NCBI GenBank assembly: GCA_017608995.1
Contig: JAFCEU010000001.1
Span: 1 to 42,126, forward strand
Direction: 5' to 3'
Source: Candidatus Iainarchaeum sp.
GTDB lineage: Archaea > Iainarchaeota > Iainarchaeia > Iainarchaeales > DTGL01
Length of the DNA: 42,126 nt
The notes beneath the pieces were generated by a model. That model did no database searches. It saw nothing but the letters and a program-made list of their open reading frames with translations, and was not told the DNA's origin. Shown here in pieces: positions 35,023-42,126 of the stretch (positions within the stretch are counted from its first letter, which is position 1; each line of letters starts with the position of its first letter). The translations under genes and the position numbers were made by a program.

Positions 35023-35056
35023 TAGAAAAGAAATGGATAAAAAGGTGGTGATTTGA

Positions 35057-35248
35057 ATGTCTTTCGGGTTAGGATTGAGAAATAGGGCCTTTTCTCCGTT
35101 AGGTAGAATGCCTGGGGGCTTTGGTTTAGGACCTTCTGGTGAATGCGTTTGTCCAAACTGTGGTTATGTTGGTTCACACCAGCTTGGCGTTCCCTGTTAT
35201 CAAACCAAGTGCCCAAAATGCGGGGCCTATATGACCAGGGTAAGGTGA
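35057..35248 (+). CDS. Gly-rich double-CxxC metal-binding protein
   Basis: GPSGECVCPNCG..H..GVPC..KCPKCGAYM, a pattern common in anaerobic prokaryotes. Confidence 0.75.
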   Translation: MSFGLGLRNRAFSPLGRMPGGFGLGPSGECVCPNCGYVGSHQLGVPCYQTKCPKCGAYMTRVR

Positions 35249-35289
35249 ACAAGGGTTGGGAAAGTTGAATGTTAAAGAGGGGATTTTAG

Positions 35290-35565
35290 ATGGTTGAAGA
35301 ATTGCCTTTTGCAGGAGTGAGTTGTAATAATCAAAGATGTAAATTCTGGTGGCTGGCAACAATAAAAGGTACTATTGTTGAGGCAGAAGCACCAGTGGAT
35401 GATGTTCTTGGAGCCTGTAAAATAACTCCAACGATTGGGGCGGTAGTTCGTATTGAAAGATGTCTTAAAGATTTGCTAAAAGATTCAAAAGTTAGATTGA
35501 AAGATTCAAAAGTTAGATTGGAGGGTCGCCGCACTGTCAAACCAAGTGCGGGGCCTATAAGGTGA
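35290..35565 (+). CDS. Hypothetical Cys-containing protein
   Basis: CNNQRC; exact 21-bp duplication (KDSKVRL x2). Confidence 0.6.
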   Translation: MVEELPFAGVSCNNQRCKFWWLATIKGTIVEAEAPVDDVLGACKITPTIGAVVRIERCLKDLLKDSKVRLKDSKVRLEGRRTVKPSAGPIR

Positions 35566-35819
35566 ATAAAATGCCTTTTGTTTCAAGTGTTTGCGCAGAG
35601 CTTCTTTCTGGTATTGAAGAGTATGCAACAAGGGTTGGAAAAGAGGACCTGGTTAGAGCAATTAAGGTTGAATGTAAACCCTTTGAGAAAAGGGCACGGA
35701 AAAAGAGAGCCCCCTCAGCTTACAATAACCATATGAGTGTTTGCGTTAAGTCAAAAACAGGGCGCATTCAAGACAGGTTCAGGGAATGCGCAAAAGAATG
35801 GAGGTCGAAACATGGTTGA
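35562..35819 (+). CDS. HMG-box/YABBY-like small basic protein
   Basis: KKRAPSAYNNHM..RFRECAKEWR. Confidence 0.6.
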   Translation: MNKMPFVSSVCAELLSGIEEYATRVGKEDLVRAIKVECKPFEKRARKKRAPSAYNNHMSVCVKSKTGRIQDRFRECAKEWRSKHG

Positions 35820-36000
35820 AAAATGCACTTTGGATGAGAAAGTAAAGGCTTTTTTCATGCTAAGGTTTAATAAGCGATTTGACCAAGATCCAGAATACTT
35901 TGCAGAATGGAGAAAAAGGTTTTTAACTGAAAACCCAGAGGCATATATGGATAAAACTTCGTTAGCAGTTTACAAAATAATAAAAGAGGCTTGTAAATGA
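35812..36000 (+). CDS. Hypothetical protein
   Basis: GGAGG RBS before ATG 35812; YFAEWRKRF..PEAYMD. Confidence 0.6.
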   Translation: MVEKCTLDEKVKAFFMLRFNKRFDQDPEYFAEWRKRFLTENPEAYMDKTSLAVYKIIKEACK

Positions 36001-36233
36001 TTCCTGAAAGCTGTAAAAAATTAGCAAAACATATGGCCCACTATACAGATTATAACTTTTTAGGTCAATCCCTACAACTACAATGCGCAATAGATAGCAC
36101 AGATTTCACTAAAAAAAGTGATATTGAAGAGTTGAAAAGAAAAGCAAAACTTGTTGTAAAAAATTTATCCAGACTTATAGAAGAAGAGCCATCAATTCCA
36201 TATCCTAAAGGTTATTTTGGAGGAAAATTATGA
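35997..36233 (+). CDS. Hypothetical protein
   Basis: ATGA-coupled on both sides. Confidence 0.6.
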   Translation: MIPESCKKLAKHMAHYTDYNFLGQSLQLQCAIDSTDFTKKSDIEELKRKAKLVVKNLSRLIEEEPSIPYPKGYFGGKL

Positions 36234-36796
36234 CTCCAGAGGAAAAGAAGTGGATGCTCATTGCAGGCTTGGTTGGCGCAGGAGCGCTTGGTCTAGTGGC
36301 TTTTTTTTTAACGAGACCAAAAGCAGTTCCCTCTCCAACAACGGCTGCTCCAGCTGCCCCAGTAAAAGTTGGCATTGAAGGCCAGATGATTGAATTGGCT
36401 TCAAGGCAGTTAGGCGTGCCAAGAGAAGGCTTAACAGTGAGAGGGCTTTCACCAAGCGATTTAGGGCTAACGTCCTACAACTTCAATTTGGTTTCAGGCT
36501 CAAATACAATAGTCAATACAACAATAGCAGACAGCAGGTTTATAGCAATAACAGGCATAACCTATACAGGGACAGTGGCAAGCAGCATGACAGTGCAAGC
36601 AGGCGGAAGAATGGTGGAAGCATACCCAATCAGGTTCATAGCGGAATTGGAAGGACACACTTGGCACGATACAACGCCAACAATAATCCAGCAAAACTGG
36701 CCTGTTACAATAACAGTTCAGGCAACAGGCAACGCAACCGAGCTAATCGCATTAGATGGCATAGTGGTCGAGAAAAAGGGAATGGTATTAGCATAA
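36230..36796 (+). CDS. Membrane-anchored paralogue of capsid candidate 1
   Basis: TM and Pro/Ala linker, then QLGVPREGLTVRGLSPSDL..SGSNTIVN..DSRFIAITGI..GIVVEKKGMVL, colinear with the 26488 protein. Confidence 0.85.
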   Translation: MTPEEKKWMLIAGLVGAGALGLVAFFLTRPKAVPSPTTAAPAAPVKVGIEGQMIELASRQLGVPREGLTVRGLSPSDLGLTSYNFNLVSGSNTIVNTTIADSRFIAITGITYTGTVASSMTVQAGGRMVEAYPIRFIAELEGHTWHDTTPTIIQQNWPVTITVQATGNATELIALDGIVVEKKGMVLA

Positions 36797-36798
36797 AG

Positions 36799-37149
36799 CT
36801 AAATAAGAGGGGAACACTGCCTTATTCTGATTGTTTCCTTTTTCCAGTCAATTTCAGCATCAAACGATTGTAGTTCTGGTTGGCCAAGCAAAACATTTCC
36901 ATCTAAAATATAAAAAATGCTTGCTCGTGAACAACCATTTACTGAAACTGTCCCAGCGCCTATTGGGACTTCTGCTTCCTTGCCATTTGGTGGAACTGGG
37001 ACTTTCCTTTTAAATAACTCCTTTATACCAAGTTCTTCTGCCAAAATTTTAGGTATAGCAGAATAAGAGGACGCGATATCTATTATTGCTTCAACTTCCT
37101 TCTCTTTTTCAGGTCCTGCAATCTTGATTTTTTTTCTTAATATACCCAT
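36799..37149 (-). CDS. Retropepsin-like (clan AA) aspartic protease homologue, atypical DIA motif
   Basis: EVEAIIDIASSYSAIPKILAEELGI..VLLGQPELQ. Confidence 0.75.
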   Translation of the reverse strand: MGILRKKIKIAGPEKEKEVEAIIDIASSYSAIPKILAEELGIKELFKRKVPVPPNGKEAEVPIGAGTVSVNGCSRASIFYILDGNVLLGQPELQSFDAEIDWKKETIRIRQCSPLI

Positions 37150-37208
37150 ATAAATAATGTGTTCTTTGAAACTTATTAATTTTTTCTAAAAAAAGAAAAG
37201 AGGAAGAC

Positions 37209-37661
37209 TTACCCGTCTTCCATTCTTGTTCCGTTATCTGGTTGGGTCACTTGGGGGGTATCCTGCGTTGGCTCTTCCTCTGTCCTTTCCCCCTTTGGGA
37301 CAACAGTATACTGTGTTTGAAAGCCCTCGCCAGTTTTCTCAATCCTGAAACGCTTTTTGTAGATTGATTCATCTTCATCCATATAGGGCTTCAAAGTGTT
37401 GAATAGGCGCTTGCTTGTCGAGGAAAGGACTTTGGGCTCATCCTCTGGAATCTTCTCACCGTTGATGGATTCAACGCCAATCTCAAAAAACCATTTGTTG
37501 CTTACTTCTCCAGTGTCTCTGTCAGTAACAGCCTTTTGAACCTGTTTCACGCTCCCAGGGATGAATTCTACTTCGACTGGCTTGTTTGACTCAAGTTTTA
37601 AGAAATCGCCTTCAAATTTCTGCTCATCAATGCCATACTTTTCCTTAACAATATCTTGCAC
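37209..37661 (-). CDS. Putative single-stranded DNA-binding (OB-fold) protein
   Basis: FLKLE..KVLSSTSKRL..FRIEKTGEGFQTQYTV, acidic tail. Confidence 0.65.
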   Translation of the reverse strand: MQDIVKEKYGIDEQKFEGDFLKLESNKPVEVEFIPGSVKQVQKAVTDRDTGEVSNKWFFEIGVESINGEKIPEDEPKVLSSTSKRLFNTLKPYMDEDESIYKKRFRIEKTGEGFQTQYTVVPKGERTEEEPTQDTPQVTQPDNGTRMEDG

Positions 37662-37732
37662 TGCCTTTCACCTCCTTGCAGTTACACTAAATATTACTGT
37701 GGTAACTATTTAAAAAATTATCGGAAAAGGTT

Positions 37733-37960
37733 TCAATCCTTATGTTTTCGGTAGTTGTTGATGAAATTCAACAATGCCTTCAAAGTGATTGTGACACCGG
37801 CAACTGAAACCACTGCGTCAGGGCACTGTTGGGCCAAGCCAGTGAAATTCATCCAAGCAATTGTTCCCACTGCTGCGACCGCACTCATAAACCAGTCCTT
37901 TACGCTCTTCCAAATGCCATAGCCAACATCATACTTTGCAAAAAACGGTTGATTTGGCAT
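37733..37960 (-). CDS. Small two-TM holin-like protein
   Basis: Two hydrophobic segments, basic C-terminus NYRKHK. Confidence 0.5.
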   Translation of the reverse strand: MPNQPFFAKYDVGYGIWKSVKDWFMSAVAAVGTIAWMNFTGLAQQCPDAVVSVAGVTITLKALLNFINNYRKHKD

Positions 37961-38055
37961 AAATCTCGCCTCCTTACAAATAATATTCCTTCAACTACTT
38001 AATTCTAACTGCTTGTTATTTTGAAAAAAAAAAGAAATTTTTAGTTCTTAGTTCT

Positions 38056-38187
38056 TTATAGAATTGTTAAAACAGCCTCAACAATTCCAACGGCTAAACC
38101 AAAACCCAACCCAGCAATGCCTAAATACGCTACACTTTCAACAAGCTTCTTCGCGTAGTCAGCAATGCCATTATCAACATTGGTCAT
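38056..38187 (-). CDS. 43-aa TM peptide
   Basis: MTNVDNGIADYAKKLVESVAYLGIAGLGFGLAVGIVEAVLTIL; GAGGTGG RBS. Confidence 0.6.
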   Translation of the reverse strand: MTNVDNGIADYAKKLVESVAYLGIAGLGFGLAVGIVEAVLTIL

Positions 38188-38255
38188 GGTATCTTACCAC
38201 CTCAAACTAAATTTGCGAAGCCGTAGTTTAAATAAGTATTGGTTAACCGAGGGAC

Positions 38256-38435
38256 CTACTTCTTCTTCAGCATTGGCAACCCAGTGCGCTCGTTCTCAAT
38301 AACCTCAAAGCCAGAAGGCAAGTCAATGCCCTCGTCTGGATTTTTACTGAAGAAGTAAAGGGTGTTTCCATTTGTTCCAACTCTTTTATGCAGAAAATAT
38401 TTCTGACCTTTTGTATTTATTTTCTCATAACCCAA
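38256..38435 (-). CDS. Conserved small prokaryotic protein of unknown function
   Basis: NTKGQKYFLH..LYFFSK..LPSGFEVIENERTGLPMLKK. Confidence 0.7.
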   Translation of the reverse strand: MGYEKINTKGQKYFLHKRVGTNGNTLYFFSKNPDEGIDLPSGFEVIENERTGLPMLKKK

Positions 38436-38664
38436 AGCAAAAACCTCCATAACTATTGCCACTTATCTTCTTTAAAATGGTTTCTCCTTTACCCTTTTGT
38501 GAAATCCACTTGCTGACCCTGAAACTGAGCTTGGACAAAAAACTGAAATAACTCAAGGAAACGGCAATCCTTGGTTGAGTCATTCCGCCATCTGCATTTC
38601 TCTGAACAAGGCCTCCTGTCATCAAGGAAGCAATTTTTGGACGGGAAACTGATTTCAGGCTCAA
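38425..38664 (-). CDS. Hypothetical protein; the overlapping Cys-rich frame 38489-38695 may be the real gene
   Basis: Two competing frames; 38489-38695 has C..C..C.W..C and a GGAGGTGA RBS. Confidence 0.3.
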   Translation of the reverse strand: MSLKSVSRPKIASLMTGGLVQRNADGGMTQPRIAVSLSYFSFLSKLSFRVSKWISQKGKGETILKKISGNSYGGFCFGL

Positions 38665-38695
38665 ACTGTGTTGCTTTCGTTTTCTTTCTCTGCAT
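38489..38695 (-). CDS. Small Cys-rich protein
   Basis: CFLDDRRPCSEKCRW..C; GGAGGTGA RBS. Confidence 0.65.
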   Translation of the reverse strand: MQRKKTKATQFEPEISFPSKNCFLDDRRPCSEKCRWRNDSTKDCRFLELFQFFVQAQFQGQQVDFTKG

Positions 38696-38876
38696 TTGTT
38701 TTCACCTCCTTCTTCTCCCTTGGGGCTTGGAATTTCTGTTCATGGCCCCCAAAATCAACCCATTTGTCATTCCAGAAAAGCCATTTCCGCAAAGCCCTCT
38801 CTTCCTTATTCAGCTTCTGGCGAGGCAACTGAAGCCTGCGCCTCTGGTACGGAAGCAGCTCATCCCACTTCTTCAA
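38661..38876 (-). CDS. Hypothetical basic protein
   Basis: Overlaps the rep stop; operon packing. Confidence 0.5.
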   Translation of the reverse strand: MKKWDELLPYQRRRLQLPRQKLNKEERALRKWLFWNDKWVDFGGHEQKFQAPREKKEVKTNAEKENESNTV

Positions 38877-40656
38877 AATAATACCCCCTTATACGCATAT
38901 ACTGTTCAACCAAGGGCTTTGACAGCTCATATTCAACCCCGGCGCCAACCCTTCGCTTCTTAATCAAAGGAATCCGACTCAAACGCCTACCAACAAAGCG
39001 GGGAGTCGGCAAGCTCCTGCCTCTGATTCTTTTATACTCCTGCTCGGTATCAACACCGGCTTCAACCATCAAATGCTCTTTCAGCCAGGAAGTAATTTGG
39101 GTAGTAGAATAGTGCTTGGGCTCATCAATTACATTAGCCAAAATAGAGGCAAACAGGGCGTAGTCCCAGTCGCCGCTCAAATCAACCTTTGCCCTGTCGC
39201 CAAAACAGTTTACCAGAAAATCCAGCATTTGCTGGTGAAGGGCAGAGTCAATTCCTTTCACAATAGCCAGCGGGCCTTTTACCAGCTCTAAATCCCGGTT
39301 ATTAAGCACAGTACACTCATAAGACTCGTAATCCTGCTGGATTCTTTTCCAGTGCGTTAAAACATAGATATGGCAAAAATCCCTAATCAACTGCCATATT
39401 TGGTTTCTGTCATCAGGTTCTCTTTTCCCTTTCTCAGTCAAAGTTTTCATCAGGTGAATTGGAATACACCTTGAGAGAGTAACCGGCTCCAGGCCAGAAA
39501 TGTTTGTAATGATTTTGGGGCAGTAGCAGTCAAAAAACTTTGGTTGAAAGACATCACGCTTTCGCTCAACCCTCATTGTTTTGCCCTTTTTTTTGTAGCC
39601 AATTTTCAGGATTTGAAGCAAAGCATTCCTTTTCTCCTCGGACATCTTGTCGAAGTCGTCTATAACCATTAAACCTTTGAATAGCTCAGGGGCCCTGAAC
39701 AAGGCCGAATCGCTTGGGTCGCTTGCGTCAATTGTGTGGAATGAGCAATTCCCGATTATTTCAGCAAATTTCGTTTTTCCGCTGTCGGATTCCGAGTTGA
39801 AGAAAAGATAGCCAATAGACCTGAATAACTCGAAGCAGTAGGTTGCAATGATATAGGCCGCACCAATCAAGAAAATTCGCTTGTCTGTTACATCCATAAA
39901 GTAGTCCTGGGTTTTTATGAGAATTTCAAACAGGGTTTTTCCTAACTGGTTTGGTGTAGTTTTAGTGTAGTTTAGTGTAGTTTTAGTGTAGTTAATTTTT
40001 AGTGTAGTTTTAGTGTAGTTAGGTGTAGTTAAGGTTTCTGCAATTGGTGTAGTTAGTGTAGGATATGAGGTAGGTCTATACAGATAGGTGAGATGTATAT
40101 TTTTTTTATTTTTTTTATTTATATAAAGGAGCTTCTTTAGAGTATTATCTACACTACCTTCTACATATGCACTAACTACACCACCTACACTTTCAGCATT
40201 TTTACAGAAGTCCGCAATTGATTTATTGCTCCAAGCGTTATCAGTCGGCACCAGCGAAATTCTATAATTCAATCCGGCTTCCTTAATCTCATTTCTTCCA
40301 TAGGACTCGTTTTTCTTTTTTCCTCCTCCAACCTTGACACCACTATAATCAATTAAAACACACCCATTGTCAAAAATCACACTGTCCACAAAGTTTCCTT
40401 CCAATTCTATTTTTTTCCCAAAATAAAAATGGTTTTGGAAAATGCCTTGATTTAAATTATAATGTATAATTTCATCCAGCTTCTCAAAAATTTTCCCCCC
40501 GTTTGTTCTCTCAAAATCATATCGCTCGAGTTCCCAGTCCTTATGTTTACATTCACAGAAGACCTCTGGGATAACAGGCTTTTGTCCCCTTTTCAATTCT
40601 TGGCTAAGCAAATTTCCGCATCGCCTGCATTTCCAGATAGCGGTCTTATCGGCCAT
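38860..40656 (-). CDS. Replication protein: Zn finger, P-loop helicase-like domain and wHTH-like end
   Basis: CRRC..CEC; Walker A SESDSGKT, Walker B MVIDDFD, KIITN, TLSR; GGAGG RBS before ATG 40656. Confidence 0.8.
   Translation of the reverse strand: MADKTAIWKCRRCGNLLSQELKRGQKPVIPEVFCECKHKDWELERYDFERTNGGKIFEKLDEIIHYNLNQGIFQNHFYFGKKIELEGNFVDSVIFDNGCVLIDYSGVKVGGGKKKNESYGRNEIKEAGLNYRISLVPTDNAWSNKSIADFCKNAESVGGVVSAYVEGSVDNTLKKLLYINKKNKKNIHLTYLYRPTSYPTLTTPIAETLTTPNYTKTTLKINYTKTTLNYTKTTPNQLGKTLFEILIKTQDYFMDVTDKRIFLIGAAYIIATYCFELFRSIGYLFFNSESDSGKTKFAEIIGNCSFHTIDASDPSDSALFRAPELFKGLMVIDDFDKMSEEKRNALLQILKIGYKKKGKTMRVERKRDVFQPKFFDCYCPKIITNISGLEPVTLSRCIPIHLMKTLTEKGKREPDDRNQIWQLIRDFCHIYVLTHWKRIQQDYESYECTVLNNRDLELVKGPLAIVKGIDSALHQQMLDFLVNCFGDRAKVDLSGDWDYALFASILANVIDEPKHYSTTQITSWLKEHLMVEAGVDTEQEYKRIRGRSLPTPRFVGRRLSRIPLIKKRRVGAGVEYELSKPLVEQYMRIRGYYFEEVG
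39954..40190. repeat. Iteron-like array, AT-rich core and inverted iterons (candidate origin)
   Basis: 9x GTGTAG (39954-40061), A/T run ~40097-40126, CTACAC at 40149, 40176 and 40185. Confidence 0.75.
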
Positions 40657-40870
40657 TTTCCCCCTCCTTAAAGAAGTAGTAGAACACGCTTTTATCGTTG
40701 TAGAAATATATTTTTTGCTTGTCTTCAAATACGGTTTTGCTTGGATTGAGTTCCTCATTTTTCGCTAATTCGTTGAATTCTTTTAAGGAGAAAACTTCTT
40801 GTGGGACATATTTTTCCTTTAAAAGAGAAATAGAGATTCCGCCTACCTTTACTTTTCTTATTTCGGACAT
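40646..40870 (-). CDS. Hypothetical protein, first gene of the replication operon
   Basis: GGTGA RBS; inverted repeat cactcta-aaaaaa-tagagtg upstream (40890-40909). Confidence 0.65.
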   Translation of the reverse strand: MSEIRKVKVGGISISLLKEKYVPQEVFSLKEFNELAKNEELNPSKTVFEDKQKIYFYNDKSVFYYFFKEGENGR

Positions 40871-41001
40871 GACTTACTTCACCTTACTACACTCTAAAAA
40901 AATAGAGTGATAAGATATAGTCTTTTCTCTTTAAAAAGCTTTTGCTTAAAGAAAACTTAAACGATATGTTTTTAAGGAGAATAGATGATTAACATAATGA
41001 A

Positions 41002-41304
41002 ATGAACGAGGCTTTACTTGCGCTGATTAGAAAACAATTCTTGGACCAAGGTGGGAACCTTGATGAGTTCCAGGATTTGGTATCCATCTGGGAGAGCATG
41101 GAACACTCCCGAGGAATGATTGCGGAGCGTTTTGGAGGAAGGCAACTTCATCTGATTGCTGATTGCTGCGAATTCTTGCTCCGCAATCTCACCCCCCTTG
41201 AGCAAGAGAAGATTTTAATTGAATTGCAAAAACGCTTACGAAACAAGGCTGCCCGGGACCAGGCAATCTTGCGCAGGTTTATGGTTGTGGGAAAGAATGA
41301 CTAA
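41002..41304 (+). CDS. Hypothetical helical protein, first gene of the rightward early operon
   Basis: Divergent from the rep operon; coupled to the next gene. Confidence 0.7.
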   Translation: MNEALLALIRKQFLDQGGNLDEFQDLVSIWESMEHSRGMIAERFGGRQLHLIADCCEFLLRNLTPLEQEKILIELQKRLRNKAARDQAILRRFMVVGKND

Positions 41305-41708
41305 AACAATAAAAGGAGATTTGATATTAGAAAAAACAATAAAAGGAGATTTGGTCTTAGAAAAAGACACCGTATTTGATAAAAGCATTAGTGTTGAGGG
41401 TAACATTGTTCAAAGCATGGAACATTAATGCAGGAGACATCAATGCAGAGGACATCAAAGCAGGTGATATCAATGCAGTGGACATCAAAGCAAGGGACAT
41501 AAAAGCATGGGACATCAATGCAGGAGATATCAATGCAGTGGACATCAATGCAGGCGACATCAAAGCAAAAAATATTTCATACTATGCGGTTTGCTTTGCT
41601 TATCACAACATAGAATGCGATTCAATTAAAGGGCGAAGAGAAAACTCAAAGCACTTCTGCTTAGGTGGAAAAATAACGATTAGAAAAAAAGAGGCTGAGA
41701 AGAAATGA
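41298..41708 (+). pseudogene. Frameshifted pentapeptide-repeat (DINAx) beta-helix gene
   Basis: MTKTIKGDLILEK..VEGNI in one frame; DINAG/DIKAW repeats and YYAVCFAY..SIKGRRENSKHFCL in another; break near 41405-41412. Confidence 0.7.
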
Positions 41709-41824
41709 GAGAATTGAAATGCCCATCATGCGGCAGAGAATGGGTTTACACAGGCAAGCATAGAAAGTTTGCGAGTTGCCCAAGCTGTGGAAAATTAGTA
41801 AAAGAAACGAGGTTTTGGGATTGA
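41705..41824 (+). CDS. 39-aa Zn-ribbon protein
   Basis: MRELKCPSCGREWVYTGKHRKFASCPSCGKLV.. Confidence 0.7.
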   Translation: MRELKCPSCGREWVYTGKHRKFASCPSCGKLVKETRFWD

Positions 41825-42126
41825 TTTTCTCGGACAAGCTATATTTAAAGTCAGTTGCAGAAATGATTCTTAATGGCGAGAAGACGCAGACAAGAAGGCT
41901 TGTGAAAGAAGGCGACAGATTCAACAAAGAGCCAGGAAGAGGGCCTATAAATGCCGTAGTCAATGACCTGACTGAAAGGGAAAAGTGGAAAATTGGCAAG
42001 GATTACGCTGTCCAGCTTGGCAGAGGAAAGCCAGAGCTTAGATATTGCCCAAAATGTAAAAACTATACTGAAATGCTTCCTCCTGCTGAAGACTTAAAAA
42101 GCTATGAAATTAAAGGCATCCTTGCC
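41821..42126 (+). CDS. ASCH-domain protein, 5' part (continues across the circular junction to 316)
   Basis: Manual translation from TTG: MIFSDK..EMILNGEKTQTRRLVK..WKIGKDYAVQLGRGK..CPKC; GxKTxTxR is the ASCH signature; absent from the ORF track. Confidence 0.85.
   Translation, partial: MIFSDKLYLKSVAEMILNGEKTQTRRLVKEGDRFNKEPGRGPINAVVNDLTEREKWKIGKDYAVQLGRGKPELRYCPKCKNYTEMLPPAEDLKSYEIKGILA
42087..42126 (+). repeat. Terminal direct repeat, right copy
   Basis: Identical to 1-40. Confidence 0.98.

Larger units (their letters stand above)
1..42126. mobile_element. Complete circular genome of a putative temperate archaeal virus (tailless, membrane-containing)
   Basis: Terminal 40-bp overlap; integrase; structural, spike and glycosylation modules; replication operon; no housekeeping genes; archaeal RBS/TATA signals and PCNA. 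Confidence 0.85.

Noticed and set aside
41420..41570. DGR variable/template repeat
   Set aside because: No reverse transcriptase in the genome and variation is not adenine-specific; it is a simple coding repeat

Overview
Apparently complete circular genome (~42,086 bp) of an uncharacterised, probably archaeal, tailless membrane-containing virus. Bases 1-40 repeat at 42087-42126, and an ASCH-domain ORF reads through the join. Archaeal origin is inferred from GGTGA/GGAGG ribosome-binding sites, TTTAAA-type TATA boxes and a PCNA. Modules: (i) a variable early region of small Zn-finger, ASCH and fragmentary genes plus a Xer-like tyrosine recombinase (41002 across the join to 3400); (ii) a Ku, ATP-dependent ligase, AAA+ ATPase and PCNA block (5183-9382); (iii) a long minus-strand structural region (9596-29931) with two tandem 168-aa beta-rich capsid candidates, spike, beta-helix and LamG proteins, a membrane-anchored metallophosphoesterase and an 8-gene glycosylation locus; (iv) membrane, Ig-like, protease and small basic proteins, including a membrane-anchored paralogue of the capsid candidate (30035-37149); (v) a replication operon with an SSB-like protein and a Zn-finger/P-loop protein containing an iteron-like origin (37209-40870). 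I recognised no terminase, portal, HK97 capsid, packaging ATPase, polymerase, tRNA or CRISPR array. The most unusual candidates are a possible 'split Ig / donor-strand' surface display system, the membrane-tethered capsid paralogue and the viral NHEJ-plus-PCNA module. All calls come from reading motifs by eye; no searches were run.
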